Source: an uncultured virus (IMG/VR IMGVR_UViG_3300008262_000171) (lineage: Duplodnaviria; Heunggongvirae; Uroviricota; Caudoviricetes). Taken from it: DNA of 64,000 nucleotides. Positions 1 to 11,700 of the stretch are shown one piece after another. Where the stretch lies: IMG/VR virus record IMGVR_UViG_3300008262_000171. One strand, given 5' to 3'. The translations under genes and the position numbers were made by a program. Under the pieces are notes generated by a model that did not search any database, had not been told where the DNA came from, and saw only the letters and a program-made list of their open reading frames with translations. The first letter of the stretch is position 1, and each line of letters begins with the position of its first letter.

Positions 1-1
1 A

Positions 2-403
<402 letters not shown>

Positions 404-423
404 TAAAAACTCAATAGTTTTTT

Positions 424-449
424 GAGAGATCCGCAAGGGTCTCTTTTTT
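424..449 (+). terminator. Intrinsic terminator after psbA
   Basis: GAGAGATCC-GCAA-GGGTCTCT hairpin followed by a T-tract. Confidence 0.8.
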
Positions 450-450
450 G

Positions 451-468
451 TGCTATAATGTATAAATA
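451..468 (+). promoter_or_regulatory. Extended -10 (TGCTATAAT) plus T4 late promoter TATAAATA for the HNH gene
   Basis: tgctataat 451-459 and tataaata 461-468. Confidence 0.65.
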
Positions 469-497
469 CTTATGTAGTAGACACAGTAGCAGTAAGA

Positions 498-934
498 ATG
501 AAACATAAACATCATATTGTTCCAAGACATATGGGTGGAACTGACGACCCTTCTAATCTTATTGAACTAACTGTGGAAGAACACGCAGAGGCACACAGAG
601 AGTTGTGGGAACAATATGGTAATATCAAAGATTATTGTGCTTGGAAAGGTTTAGAAGGAACTATTGGTAAAGAAGAAATTGTAAGATTGCTGATGGACCC
701 AACTGGAAGAGTTCATACAGAAGAGACCAAACAAAAGATGAGTGAAGCACATAAAGGTAAAAAGAAAAGGTTAGTAAATCACTCATAGGTAATAAGAGGT
801 GGTCTTCAAATCCAAATGTTAGTGAAGAAGAAAGAAAGAGGAGGAGTGAAGCATCAAAAGAAAGGTGGAGAAAGTATAGAGAGGCAAAAGGTCTTGACCC
901 AGATAAACCGATTGACCCAAGATACATTAAGTAA
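498..934 (+). pseudogene. Free-standing HNH homing endonuclease with NUMOD3 motif, frame broken near 762
   Basis: HKHHIVPRHMGGTDDPSNLIELTVEEHAEAH (HNH) and RVHTEETKQKMSEAHKGK (NUMOD3). A second frame continues EKVSKSLIGNKRW...EEERKRRSEASKERWRK...RYIK* to 934. Confidence 0.75.
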
Positions 935-943
935 AAGTCCCTA

Positions 944-972
944 TTGACCTTTTATGTAAAGTATTGTAAACT
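944..972 (+). promoter_or_regulatory. Sigma70-type promoter of psbD
   Basis: TTGACC (944-949), 17-nt spacer, TAAACT (967-972). GGAGG RBS just before ATG 998. Confidence 0.65.
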
Positions 973-997
973 AAATATGAGAAATACATAGGAGGTT

Positions 998-2059
998 ATG
1001 ACTTCTTCTACACTTTCAATTCCAAACCAACAAAAAGGTTGGTTTGACCTTTTAGATGATTGGTTGAAAAGGGATAGGTTTGTGTTCGTTGGTTGGAGTG
1101 GTTTGCTCTTATTTCCAACAGCATATCTTGCTCTTGGTGGTTGGTTGACTGGAACTACATTTGTTACAAGTTTTTATACACACGGATTAGCAAGTTCTTA
1201 TCTTGAAGGTTGTAATTTTTTGACCGCAGCATTAAGCACCCCTGCAGATTCTATGGGTCATTCCCTACTTCTTCTATGGGGTCCAGAAGCTCAGGGAGAT
1301 TTCGTCAGGTGGGTCCAACTTGGGGGACTCTGGCCTTTTGTGGCACTACACGGGGCTTTCAGCCTGATTGGTTTCATGTTGCGTCAGTTTGAGATTGCCC
1401 GTCTTGTAGGCATCCGTCCTTACAACGCAATCGCATTCTCTGGTCCTATCGCAGTATTTGTATCTGTGTTCCTGATGTATCCACTGGGACAATCCAGTTG
1501 GTTCTTTGCACCTTCCTTTGGTGTTGCTGCTATCTTCAGGTTCCTGTTGTTCCTTCAGGGTTTCCACAACTGGACTCTCAACCCCTTCCATATGATGGGA
1601 GTTGCTGGTATACTAGGAGGAGCACTACTCTGTGCCATTCACGGAGCAACTGTAGAGAATACACTTTATGAAGATAGTGACCAATCAAACACGTTCAAAG
1701 CATTTGAACCAACTCAAGAGGAAGAGACCTATTCTATGGTCACTGCTAACCGATATTGGTCGCAGATCTTTGGCATTGCTTTTAGCAATAAGCGTTGGCT
1801 TCATTTCTTTATGCTCTTTGTTCCCGTCATGGGTCTCTGGACCAGTTCTATTGGGATCATTGGTCTCGCACTCAATCTTCGTGCTTATGATTTCGTATCC
1901 CAGGAAGTGAGAGCAGCAGAGGATCCTGAGTTTGAAACCTTCTATACTAAGAACATTCTACTCAATGAAGGACTCCGTGCTTGGATGGCACCTGTTGACC
2001 AACCTCATGAGAACTTTGTGTTCCCAGAGGAAGTCTTGCCCCGTGGCAATGCACTCTAA
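998..2059 (+). CDS. psbD: Photosystem II D2 protein
   Basis: Full-length 353 aa: [21 protein letters not shown]...[10 protein letters not shown]. Confidence 0.99.
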   Translation: MTSSTLSIPNQQKGWFDLLDDWLKRDRFVFVGWSGLLLFPTAYLALGGWLTGTTFVTSFYTHGLASSYLEGCNFLTAALSTPADSMGHSLLLLWGPEAQGDFVRWVQLGGLWPFVALHGAFSLIGFMLRQFEIARLVGIRPYNAIAFSGPIAVFVSVFLMYPLGQSSWFFAPSFGVAAIFRFLLFLQGFHNWTLNPFHMMGVAGILGGALLCAIHGATVENTLYEDSDQSNTFKAFEPTQEEETYSMVTANRYWSQIFGIAFSNKRWLHFFMLFVPVMGLWTSSIGIIGLALNLRAYDFVSQEVRAAEDPEFETFYTKNILLNEGLRAWMAPVDQPHENFVFPEEVLPRGNAL

Positions 2060-2069
2060 TCTAAATAAG

Positions 2070-2093
2070 GGAGTTCTCGGAACTCCTTTTTTT
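2070..2093 (+). terminator. Intrinsic terminator after psbD
   Basis: GGAGTTC-TCG-GAACTCC followed by T7. Confidence 0.8.
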
Positions 2094-2164
2094 ATGTTCT
2101 TAATGCTCTTCTCATTCATAGCATTTGGAATTTTTATGTTTATAGTATCAGTACTACAAGATCT

Positions 2165-2287
2165 ATGATCACTTCTGAAACACCTTATAAGTTAGCAGAA
2201 ATAATTCGTGATACTTGGCCTAACCTTTACAGACCTGCCAAAGTATCGTACAATAAAGAAAAGAAACAAGACAATGAGAAAGTATAA
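2165..2287 (+). CDS. Small hypothetical protein (40 aa)
   Basis: MITSETPYKLAEIIRDTWPNLYRP...; below the ORF-track cutoff, overlaps its neighbours operon-style. Confidence 0.6.
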   Translation: MITSETPYKLAEIIRDTWPNLYRPAKVSYNKEKKQDNEKV

Positions 2288-2579
2288 TGAAGAGTATTTT
2301 TCAGTTCTTGATAAGAGAACTGGAAAGAAACTATTAGATTGTGGAGCAGAAGAAGATGCTCTGTATATGGTTTCGATGGACCCACAGAACCGCACTTATA
2401 CTCGCAATAAGTTTTTGATGGGTCAGGTGGTGGATATTGAAACTCCCAAAGCACTTCCTACTAATGAGATTGTGGTGAATATGGATGGTGGAGTTGGTGG
2501 GTCTTGGAGAGTCGAAGAACCAGAAAAACTTCCTCAGATCAAACTACCAGACAGGCAAGCAGAACCTGTGAGAGTATGA
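2274..2579 (+). CDS. Hypothetical cyanophage protein
   Basis: ORF from ATG 2274 (MRKYNEEYFSV...), overlapping the upstream ORF's 3' end. Confidence 0.7.
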   Translation: MRKYNEEYFSVLDKRTGKKLLDCGAEEDALYMVSMDPQNRTYTRNKFLMGQVVDIETPKALPTNEIVVNMDGGVGGSWRVEEPEKLPQIKLPDRQAEPVRV

Positions 2580-2773
2580 ATCACCGCAAACATAAACAAG
2601 TAAAAAATTTGAAAAACAAAGTGTATACGCCAGAAGGATATATTAAAGATCCACCAGATGCTGTGTGTCCTCATTGTGGTCAAAAAAATAAACCTTGTTC
2701 TTATGTCAATAGTCTAAGTCGTGCCTGGGCAAGAGGTGCTTGTGCCAAGATAAATAATTATAAGTCGCAGTAA
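2576..2773 (+). CDS. Small Cys-containing (CPHC) hypothetical protein
   Basis: ATGA overlap with previous stop; CPHCGQKNKPC...C putative Zn ligands. Confidence 0.6.
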   Translation: MNHRKHKQVKNLKNKVYTPEGYIKDPPDAVCPHCGQKNKPCSYVNSLSRAWARGACAKINNYKSQ

Positions 2774-2776
2774 TTT

Positions 2777-3148
2777 ATGGGACCTCTACACTCTCCAAAA
2801 GAATACTTGTTTAATTTATACGCAACAAGTTCTGGAGAGGCAAAACGAATGTGGAGGCAAAAGATAAAAGAAAGTTGGAATCATCAATGTGCTTATTGTG
2901 GGTCAGAAGAGAACCTTACGATTGACCACATTGTTCCACAGTCTAAAGGTGGAATGGATAATACAAAAAACGTAGTCTGTTGCTGCCATGACTGCAACCA
3001 GTCAAAGGGACATGAGCATTGGAAACTATGGTATGTTCAACAAGATTTTTATAGTGAAGAGAGGTTTGATAAAATAGAAGAATGGATGAAACCAGATCCT
3101 CCTACTAATTTATTTGCATATCGTCCTAGAAGAAATAATGCCAGTTGA
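2777..3148 (+). CDS. HNH endonuclease (McrA-like, Zn-binding)
   Basis: CAYCG-x6-IDHIVPQSKGG-x5-NVVCCCHDCNQSKG. Confidence 0.9.
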   Translation: MGPLHSPKEYLFNLYATSSGEAKRMWRQKIKESWNHQCAYCGSEENLTIDHIVPQSKGGMDNTKNVVCCCHDCNQSKGHEHWKLWYVQQDFYSEERFDKIEEWMKPDPPTNLFAYRPRRNNAS

Positions 3149-3174
3149 GTATTTAATAAATACTTGTAAAAGAC

Positions 3175-3197
3175 GAACCATAGGGGATAGTGAACCT
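3175..3197 (+). repeat. 23-nt leader repeat, copy 1
   Basis: GAACCATAGGGGATAGTGAACCT, identical to 8690-8712. Confidence 0.9.
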
Positions 3198-3258
3198 AAT
3201 TGGATAGTCTAAGACATGCAGTATATACTGCAAAAAGGTAAATACCGTCTTACGATAA

Positions 3259-6200
3259 ATGGCAACTCCAATTAGACTAAAAAGGTCTGCTGTACCTGGT
3301 AAGAGACCTGTAGTAAATGATTTACAGTTAGGTGAATTAGCTTTTAACTTTTATGATGGTTACCTATGGGGGAAGAGAGACACTGGTGGTGTCGCAATAG
3401 GTACAACCATTGCCCTGTTAACACCTTGGACAGAGAACTTTGGTGCAGGGTCGATTTATTATTTGAATTCGGTTGGTATAGGAACAACATTATCTTTAGC
3501 ACCACTACATGTTTCTGGGGGCGCTATTTTTAGTGGAAATAACAGCTCTGAACTTGTAAGAATTACTCAAACTGGATCGGGTCCAGCATTGGTAGTTGAA
3601 GATAGCTTAAATCCTGATATAACACCATTTGTTGTAACTTCTGCTGGAAAAGTTGGGATCGGTCTTACTCAAGGTGAAATTGGAGCATATGCTCTTGAAG
3701 TTGATGGTGGTAATATAAGATTTGTAACAGGTGGACAAGGTGATTTAGTTTTTTCGCATCAAAATTTAGTTTCTAATATTAATGCTGCTGATAATATTCA
3801 ACTTGGATTAGGTGCTAATAATCAAAACGCAATAAGAATTAATCTCAATAATGATGTTGGCATAGGTACAACAACCCCAACGTCAAAACTTCATGTTGTT
3901 GGTAATACCTTTGTAACTGGTATATCTACTTTTGGTGATTTAAAAGTAAATCGTAATGCCGCAATCGATGGGCACTCAAATTTTGTAGGGGTAGTAACAT
4001 TTGCCGAAACTATTTTTGCAGAAAAGGGTGCATTTATTGATAATATTTTAATTGGTGTTGGGGATATTAATAAAATTTACACCAACACTGGGGATTTAAT
4101 CCTAGATTCGGATAATAATCTTGTTAACATTGATTCATCATTAATTGTTTCTGGCATAGCAACTTTTAGTCAACTTTTAGATGCAAATAATGGTGTCACA
4201 ATTGATAATGTTCAAATAGGAATTAGTGGTGATAATGAAATTGATACTACTGTCGGAAATCTAACTATTGATTCTGCAGATGGTACTATACTCATTGACG
4301 ATAGATTAATTGTTTCTGGTATTTCTACTTTTAATACGAATGCTAAGTTCATTGGTAACGTAGAAGTAAATGAAAATATAATCTCAACTGGAGTAGTAAC
4401 ATCCTTCGACAGATTTTCTACTGGTAATTTTGGTACAGGAATTAATATTACTCAAAATACAATCAGTGGTCCTTCTGAAATTACTATTGATCCTGCTGGT
4501 GTTGGTGATAATACTGGATCAGTTAGAATCAAAGGAGATCTATTCGTTGATGGTGTTCAGACTGTTATCAATTCAACAACAGTAGAAATTGCAGATTTCA
4601 TCGTTGGTATTGCTTCAACGGCAACAACAGATGTACTTGCCGATGGTGCTGGAATTAAAATTGGTCCTAATAATACATTAACATATGATCATGCTAATAC
4701 GGCATTAAAGTCTAGTGAAAACTTTAATCTTGCTGTTGGAAAGGTTTATGAGATTGATGGTACTGAGGTTTTAAGTTCAACTCTTCTAACCGTAGCAAAT
4801 ATTAACTCTAGTGGTTTAACGACAACCAATAACCTGAATGTAACTGGTGTTGGTACTATTGCAACACTTAATAGTACTACTACCAATATTACAAATGCTA
4901 ATATTGTTACTGGTATTGTAACCAACTTAACCACCTCTGGTATTGGTACTATTGCTACAGCATCAATTGATCTAGCATATGTTAAGACTGGTATTACAAC
5001 TAACTTAATAACCACTGGTATTGCCAGCATTACTTCTGGTATTGTAACTAATCTAACTGTATCTGGTGTTGCTACATTCCAAAGCAATATAAGATTGGGA
5101 GATAATGATCAAATAATTTTAGGTGATGATGATGATTTAAAAATTTATCATGATGGAACTGATAGTTGGATTTATGAACAAGGACCTGGAACTTTAAATC
5201 TTAGATCTAATGGTGGAAATATTAGTTTAATTCTTAATAGTCAACCAATGGTTGTTGCTACTGAGAATGGATCTGTACAACTTTATCATGGCAGTAGCAC
5301 AAAATTTGAAACTACAGGTGCTGGGGCAACTGTTTATGGAATATTAAACACATCCCAACTGAATGTAATAGGAATATCTACGTTCACAACTATTAATACT
5401 AACATTGGTAATATTGTAACTGGTGTTGTAACCAACTTAACCACAAGTGGCATTGGCACTATCACAAATCTTAATGCCACAACAGGTAACATCGTTACTG
5501 GAATCGTAACTAATTTACGCACAAGTGGCATTGGTACTATCACGACTCTTAATGCCACCACTGGTAACATTGTAACTGGTGTCGTAACAACTTTATCAGG
5601 TACTACTGCTACTTATACGACCGGTAATTTTGACACTGCTAATGTAACTAACGCTATTGTAGATATTGGTGTTATTACAACTCTTTCTGGTGTAGGAGCA
5701 ACTTATATTACAGGTAATTTTACAACTGTTAATACTAATATCGGTAATGTCGTTACTGGAATCGTAACTAATTTACGCACAAGTGGCATTGGTACTATCA
5801 CGACTCTTAATGCCACAACAGGTAACATTGTAACTGGTGTTGTAACTACTTTATCTGGTACCACTGCTACCTACACTGATGCATCAATTAATACTGCAAA
5901 TATTAGAACTGGTATTGTTACTAATTTTATTGTATCTGGTATTGCTACCGTATCTACCGCATCAATTGATCTAGCATATGTTAAGACTGGTATTGTAACC
6001 AACTTAACCACAAGTGGCATTGGCACTATCACAACTCTTAATGCCATCACTGGTAATATTGTTACTGGTTTAGTAACAACTCTTTCTGGAACCACGGCAA
6101 CTTATACGACCGGTAACTTCGGAACTGCTAATGCTACCACTGGTAATATTGTAACTGGTGTCGTAACAACTTTATCAGGTACTACTGCTACTTATACGAC

Positions 6201-8675
6201 CGGTAATTTTGTAACTGCTAATACTAATATTGGTAACATTGTTACTGGTGTTGTTACCAACTTAATCACCAGTGGCATTGGTACTATCACGACTCTTAAT
6301 GCCACCACTGGTAATATTGTAACTGGTGTCGTAACAACTTTATCAGGTACTACTGCTACTTATACGACCGGTAATTTTACAACTGCTAATGCCACCACTG
6401 GTAACATTGTCACTGGTGTCGTAACCAACTTAATCACAAGTGGTATTGGTACTATCACCACTCTTAATGCTACCACTGGTAATATTGTTACTGGTTTAGT
6501 AACAACTCTTTCTGGTACAACAGCAACTTATACGACTGGTAATTTTGTAACTGCTAATACTAATATTGGTAACATTGTTACTGGTGTTGTTACCAACTTA
6601 ATCACCAGTGGCATTGGTACTATCACGACTCTTAATGCCACCACTGGTAACATTGTTACTGGTGTTGTTACCAACTTAATCACCAGTGGCATTGGTACTA
6701 TCACGACTCTTAATGCCACCACTGGTAACATTGTTACTGGTGTAGTCACAACTCTAAGTGGTACAAATTTAAATTATACTGGAATAAGCACTCTTGGTAT
6801 TACTTCAACAACTAATTTAACGGCACAACAACTTCAAGTCACTGGTGGTGCTTATGTTTCTGGTAATCTTGGAGTTGGAACCACAAATCCAACATCAAAA
6901 TTAGATGTAGTTGGTAATATTAAATTAACTGGTCAAATTCAAGGCCCTTCAGAACTTATTATTGATCCGGCAGCAGTTGGAGATAATACTGGTGCCGTAA
7001 GAATTAAAGGAGATCTATTCGTTGATGGAACACAAACCATCATCAATTCTGCAACAATCGAACTTGCTGATTTTATCGTTGGAATTGCTTCTACAGCAAC
7101 AACTGATTTATTAGCAGATGGGGCTGGAATTAAAATTGGTCCTGATAATACATTAACATATGATCATGCTAATACTGCTTTAAAGTCTAGTGAGAACTTT
7201 AATCTTGCTGTTGGTAAATCTTATGAGATTAATGGCACTGAAGTTTTAAGTTCGACTCTATTAACAGTAGCAAATATCAGTGCTTCTGGAATTGGTACCA
7301 TTACAAATATCAATGTTACGAATGGCAACATTGTAACAGGTATTGTTACCAACTTAATCACAAATGGCATTGGTACTATCACGACTCTTAATGCTACAAC
7401 AGGTAACATCGTTACTGGAATCGTAACAACTTTATCAGGTACTACTGCTACCTATACTAATGCTTCAATTGATAGAGCAAATATTAGGACTGGAATTGTA
7501 ACCAACTTAACCACCAGTGGTATTGGTACTATCACGACTCTTAATGCCACCACTGGTAACATTGTCACTGGTGTTGTTACCACACTCAGTGGTACTACTG
7601 CTACCTACACCACTGGTAACTTCGGAACTGCTAATGCTACCACAGGTAACATTGTAACAGGTGTTGTTACCACACTTAGTGGTTCTAATGCTACTTATAC
7701 TACTGGTAACTTTACGACTGCTAATGCTACTACTGGAAACAACCACGGCAACTTACACTACAGGTAACTTTACAACTGCTAATACCAATATCGGTAACAT
7801 TGTTACTGGTGTTGTTACCAACTTAATCACCAGTGGCATTGGTACTATCACGACTCTTAATGCCACCACTGGTAACATTGTAACTGGTGTCGTAACAACT
7901 CTTTCTGGAACCACGGCAACTTACACTACAGGTAACTTTACAACTGCTAATGCCACCACTGGTAACATTGTCACTGGTGTCGTAACAACCTTAAGTGGCA
8001 CCAATGCAACTTACACCACTGGTAACTTTACAACTGCTAATGCTACTACTGGTAACATTGTTACTGGTTTGGTCACAACCTTAAGTGGCACCAATGCAAC
8101 TTACACCACTGGTAACTTTACAACTGCTAATGCGACAACTGGTAATATCGTTACGGGTGTCGTTACAACTCTTTCCGGTACAACAGCAACTTATACGACT
8201 GGTAATTTTGGGACTGCTAATGCTACCACAGGTAACATTGTAACAGGTGTTGTTACCACACTTAGTGGTTCTAATGCTACTTATACTACTGGTAACTTTA
8301 CGACTGCTAATGCTACTACTGGAAACTATAATAACTGCACCAACTCATGATACAACTTCAACCAGAACAGGATCAGCAACTGCAACAACAACTACAACAT
8401 CACAAACATCTATTCATACTATTTCAAGAAACCAGTATCGTTCTGTCGAATACCTTGTTCAGGCAGTTGAAGGAACTAATTTCCATACTACAAAGATACT
8501 TGTAGTTCATGATAGTACAAATGCATATTTGACTGAATATGGAACTGTCTATAATAATGGAACTGTTGCTAGTTATGATGTGGATATTTCTGGTGCAAAT
8601 ATAAGGTTACTGGCAACCCCTGCAAGTTCTTCTTCAACAACATTTAAGATTAGTTTTACTTCTATCGTAGTTTGA
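3259..8675 (+). CDS. Giant Thr/Gly-rich tail fibre/virion protein, split by two frame breaks (7740, 8326)
   Basis: N-terminal MATPIRLKRSAVPGKRP...GELAFN; GIGTTTP motifs; TLNATTGNIVTGVVT repeats continue across frames; C-terminal domain YRSVEYLVQ...LLATPASSSSTTFK. Confidence 0.8.
5380..8326 (+). repeat. Coding tandem repeat region (NATTGNIVTGVVTTLSGTTATYTTGNF units)
   Basis: Many near-identical in-frame units; an identical 114-nt block at 7627-7740 and 8213-8326. Confidence 0.9.
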
Positions 8676-8689
8676 TAAATAGATAAAAA

Positions 8690-8712
8690 GAACCATAGGG
8701 GATAGTGAACCT
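8690..8712 (+). repeat. 23-nt leader repeat, copy 2, abutting the TTG start
   Basis: GAACCATAGGGGATAGTGAACCT; the last T is the first base of TTG 8712. Confidence 0.9.
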
Positions 8713-11700
8713 TGGCAGAACAGAACTTTAGGGTAAAGCGCGGGCTAGAAGTAGGTGTAGGTGGTACAGTTTTAATTGCAACACCGTTAGGAAATGTTGG
8801 TGTAGGGATAACAAATCCATTAGGTACATTTCAAGTAGGTGCCGCAATTACAATGTATGGTGCTAGTGGAATCATTAGTGCTACTAGATTTGATGGAAGT
8901 ATAAATGCACCAGGTAAGACATATTATGTTGCGACAAATGGAAGTGATGGTAATACTGGAAATAATTTAAACGAACCATATGCCACACTTAAACATGCTC
9001 TGAGTGTTGCAACGTCTGGTGATACGATTTTTGTTCAGTCAGGTACATTCACTGAAATTTTTCCACTAACAGTTCCAGTTGGTGTAACTATTAGAGGTGT
9101 TGGTCTTCGTGGTACATTCATTCAACCAACAGAAGGAACAAAGCAGAATGATGGATTCTTGCTTAATGGTGAAACGACAGTTGAAGATTTAAGTATTGGT
9201 AATTTTTATGAACCTGGTTATGGTTTTAGATTCGCAAACAACAGTAAGACCACAACTCGTTCACCATACATTCAGAGAGTAACAGTATTAAACAGAGGAT
9301 CAGTCACTTCCTCTACAGATCCATATGGATTTGATACTCCACATTCGCCACCATCTACTTACAAAGCAGGTCGTGGTGCATTAATTGATGGTAGTGTCGT
9401 TACTACAGACACACTTGAACCAGCAATGTTGTTCAATGAGTGTACATTTATCACTCCTAACAACACTGCACTAGAGATGACCAACGGTGCAAGAACCGAA
9501 TGGGTCAACTGTTTCTCTTATCTTGCTGATAAAGGAATTCATGCATATGATGGAACTGTTGGTGTAGCAAGTACTGGTTATGTAAGAATTAAAACTTCTG
9601 GAATTATTACCGGTGGTTCTGGATATCCAACCACGAATGACGAACTTTATTACCTTGAAGCAAACTATAGGTCTGGTACTTATTCTCAAGTAGGAACTGC
9701 ACTTACAATCACCAGAGTCGGCCATGGTTTGACTGTTGGAGATAGAGTTTTTGCTGACTTTACTTCTGGTACGGCAACAGATGGATTCTATCGTGTTACT
9801 GGATACGTTGGAGTTAATACATTCTCTGTTACCATGGCAGGTTCTGCAACCACCAGTGGTAATATATCTTACAAAGAAGCACTTGGATTTGGTACGGTTA
9901 GGAGTTATACCTCAGCAACTGGTCTTTCTTCAATTACTGGTAAGGGTGAGGGACTATTTGAACTCCCAACATCGAGACTTGGCAAGACTGTAACTGCTTA
10001 TGGTGATGCCCAGTTATCGACACTGCAGAAAAAGATTGGAACTGCATCTTTATATCTTGATGGTACAGGAGACTATGCGAGATGTGAAGGTGGATCAGAC
10101 TTTGCATTCTCTGGAAACTTTACAGCAGAAACATGGATTTATCCAACAAGTGTAACTGGAAGTCGTTATCTTTTCTCATTAGGAACCGAAACAACTGGTA
10201 GATATCACCTTTCATTGGAAAGTGGAGTTGTAACTGGTAATTTCTTTGGCAGTGCTTCTACAACGTTTGGTGGTTCGATTTCGATCAATACCTGGACACA
10301 CATTGCATTAGTTCGTTCTGGATCAACAATTACTGCTTATGTTAATGGAACTGCACTTGGTACGACAGAAACAAATTCTTCATCCATTGGTAACACTGGA
10401 CAACTGACAATTGGTGCTGATAGTTCTTCATCCAATGTTTTTGTTGGTTATATTGATGAAGTTAGAATTTCAAATACTGCAAGATATACTGGAACTTTCA
10501 CTCCATCAACAACTCAATTTAATTCTGATGGTAGTGATAAACTTCTTCTCCATCTTGATGGTGCATCTGCCAGTACTTCTTTTATTGATAGTTCAATTCC
10601 AGCACAAGACATTCGTTGGGTTCGTTCTGGTGTAGGAATTGCAACGGCAACTAAAATTACATTAGCAGACTATCAGCAGTTTGGTGCTGAAATGAGATCT
10701 ATCGGATCTGCTGTAGTCTTTGGTAATACTGGTATTAGTGCTGATGGACCAGGTGTTGGTCTCCGATTGTTTGCATTTAACTTCGGACACATTGGATCAG
10801 GAAAAGATTTTAGTCAAGACATATCTTTAGTCAATCAAGCAGATGAGGTTGTAACTTCTAATAATGCAAATGTTTATTTTGTTTCTATTGACCAGTCTGG
10901 AGACTTTAGAGTTGGTGAGGCATTTTATGTCAATCAGGAAGCAGGTACTGTAAACTTTGGTGGACAGAACTTTACACTTAATAGTCTTTCTGATCTAAAT
11001 GTTACGGACGGGACAAATACAAATACTTTAACACCAACTTATCTGACAGTTGGTAATATTCAGATATCTGGAAATGAGATCACATCAACTTCTGGTGATA
11101 TCAATATCAATCCATCGGGAAATTCCGAAACTAATATTGATGGTAACCTAAATGTCAGTGGTATTCTGACAGCATCTGTTCTTCAAACCAGTGCCTTACA
11201 AATAGGAGATTCTTCTATTGCAATTGATGATACTGGTTCTAATGGAACAATCAGATTCAATACTGATAATATAGAAGCATTTAGAATTAATAATTCTCAA
11301 AATATTGGTATAGGAACCACAAATCCAACTGCAAGGCTTGATGTATTTGGTGATTCTAGATTTACTGGTATTATAACTGCTTTAAAATTTGATGGTCAAT
11401 TAAATTCTGGTATTGCTACAATCTCAACTGGTATTGTCACCAATCTAATAACTTCGGGTATTGGCACTATCAATACTGCTTCGGTTGATTTAGCATACGT
11501 TAAGTCTGGTATTGTTACTAACCTAACAACCACTGGTATTGGTACTATCAATACTGCATCAGTTGATCTTGGTTATGTTAAGACTGGTATTGTAACCAAC
11601 TTAACAACAACTGGAATTGCTACGATTGCAATAGCATCAGTTGATCTTGCTTACGTTAAGACTGGTATTGTAACCAACTTAACAACAACTGGAATTGCTA

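Noticed and set aside
7735..7745. Programmed frameshift in the first fibre gene
   Set aside because: No slippery heptamer, and sequence is missing relative to the repeat unit, so a join or deletion explains it better
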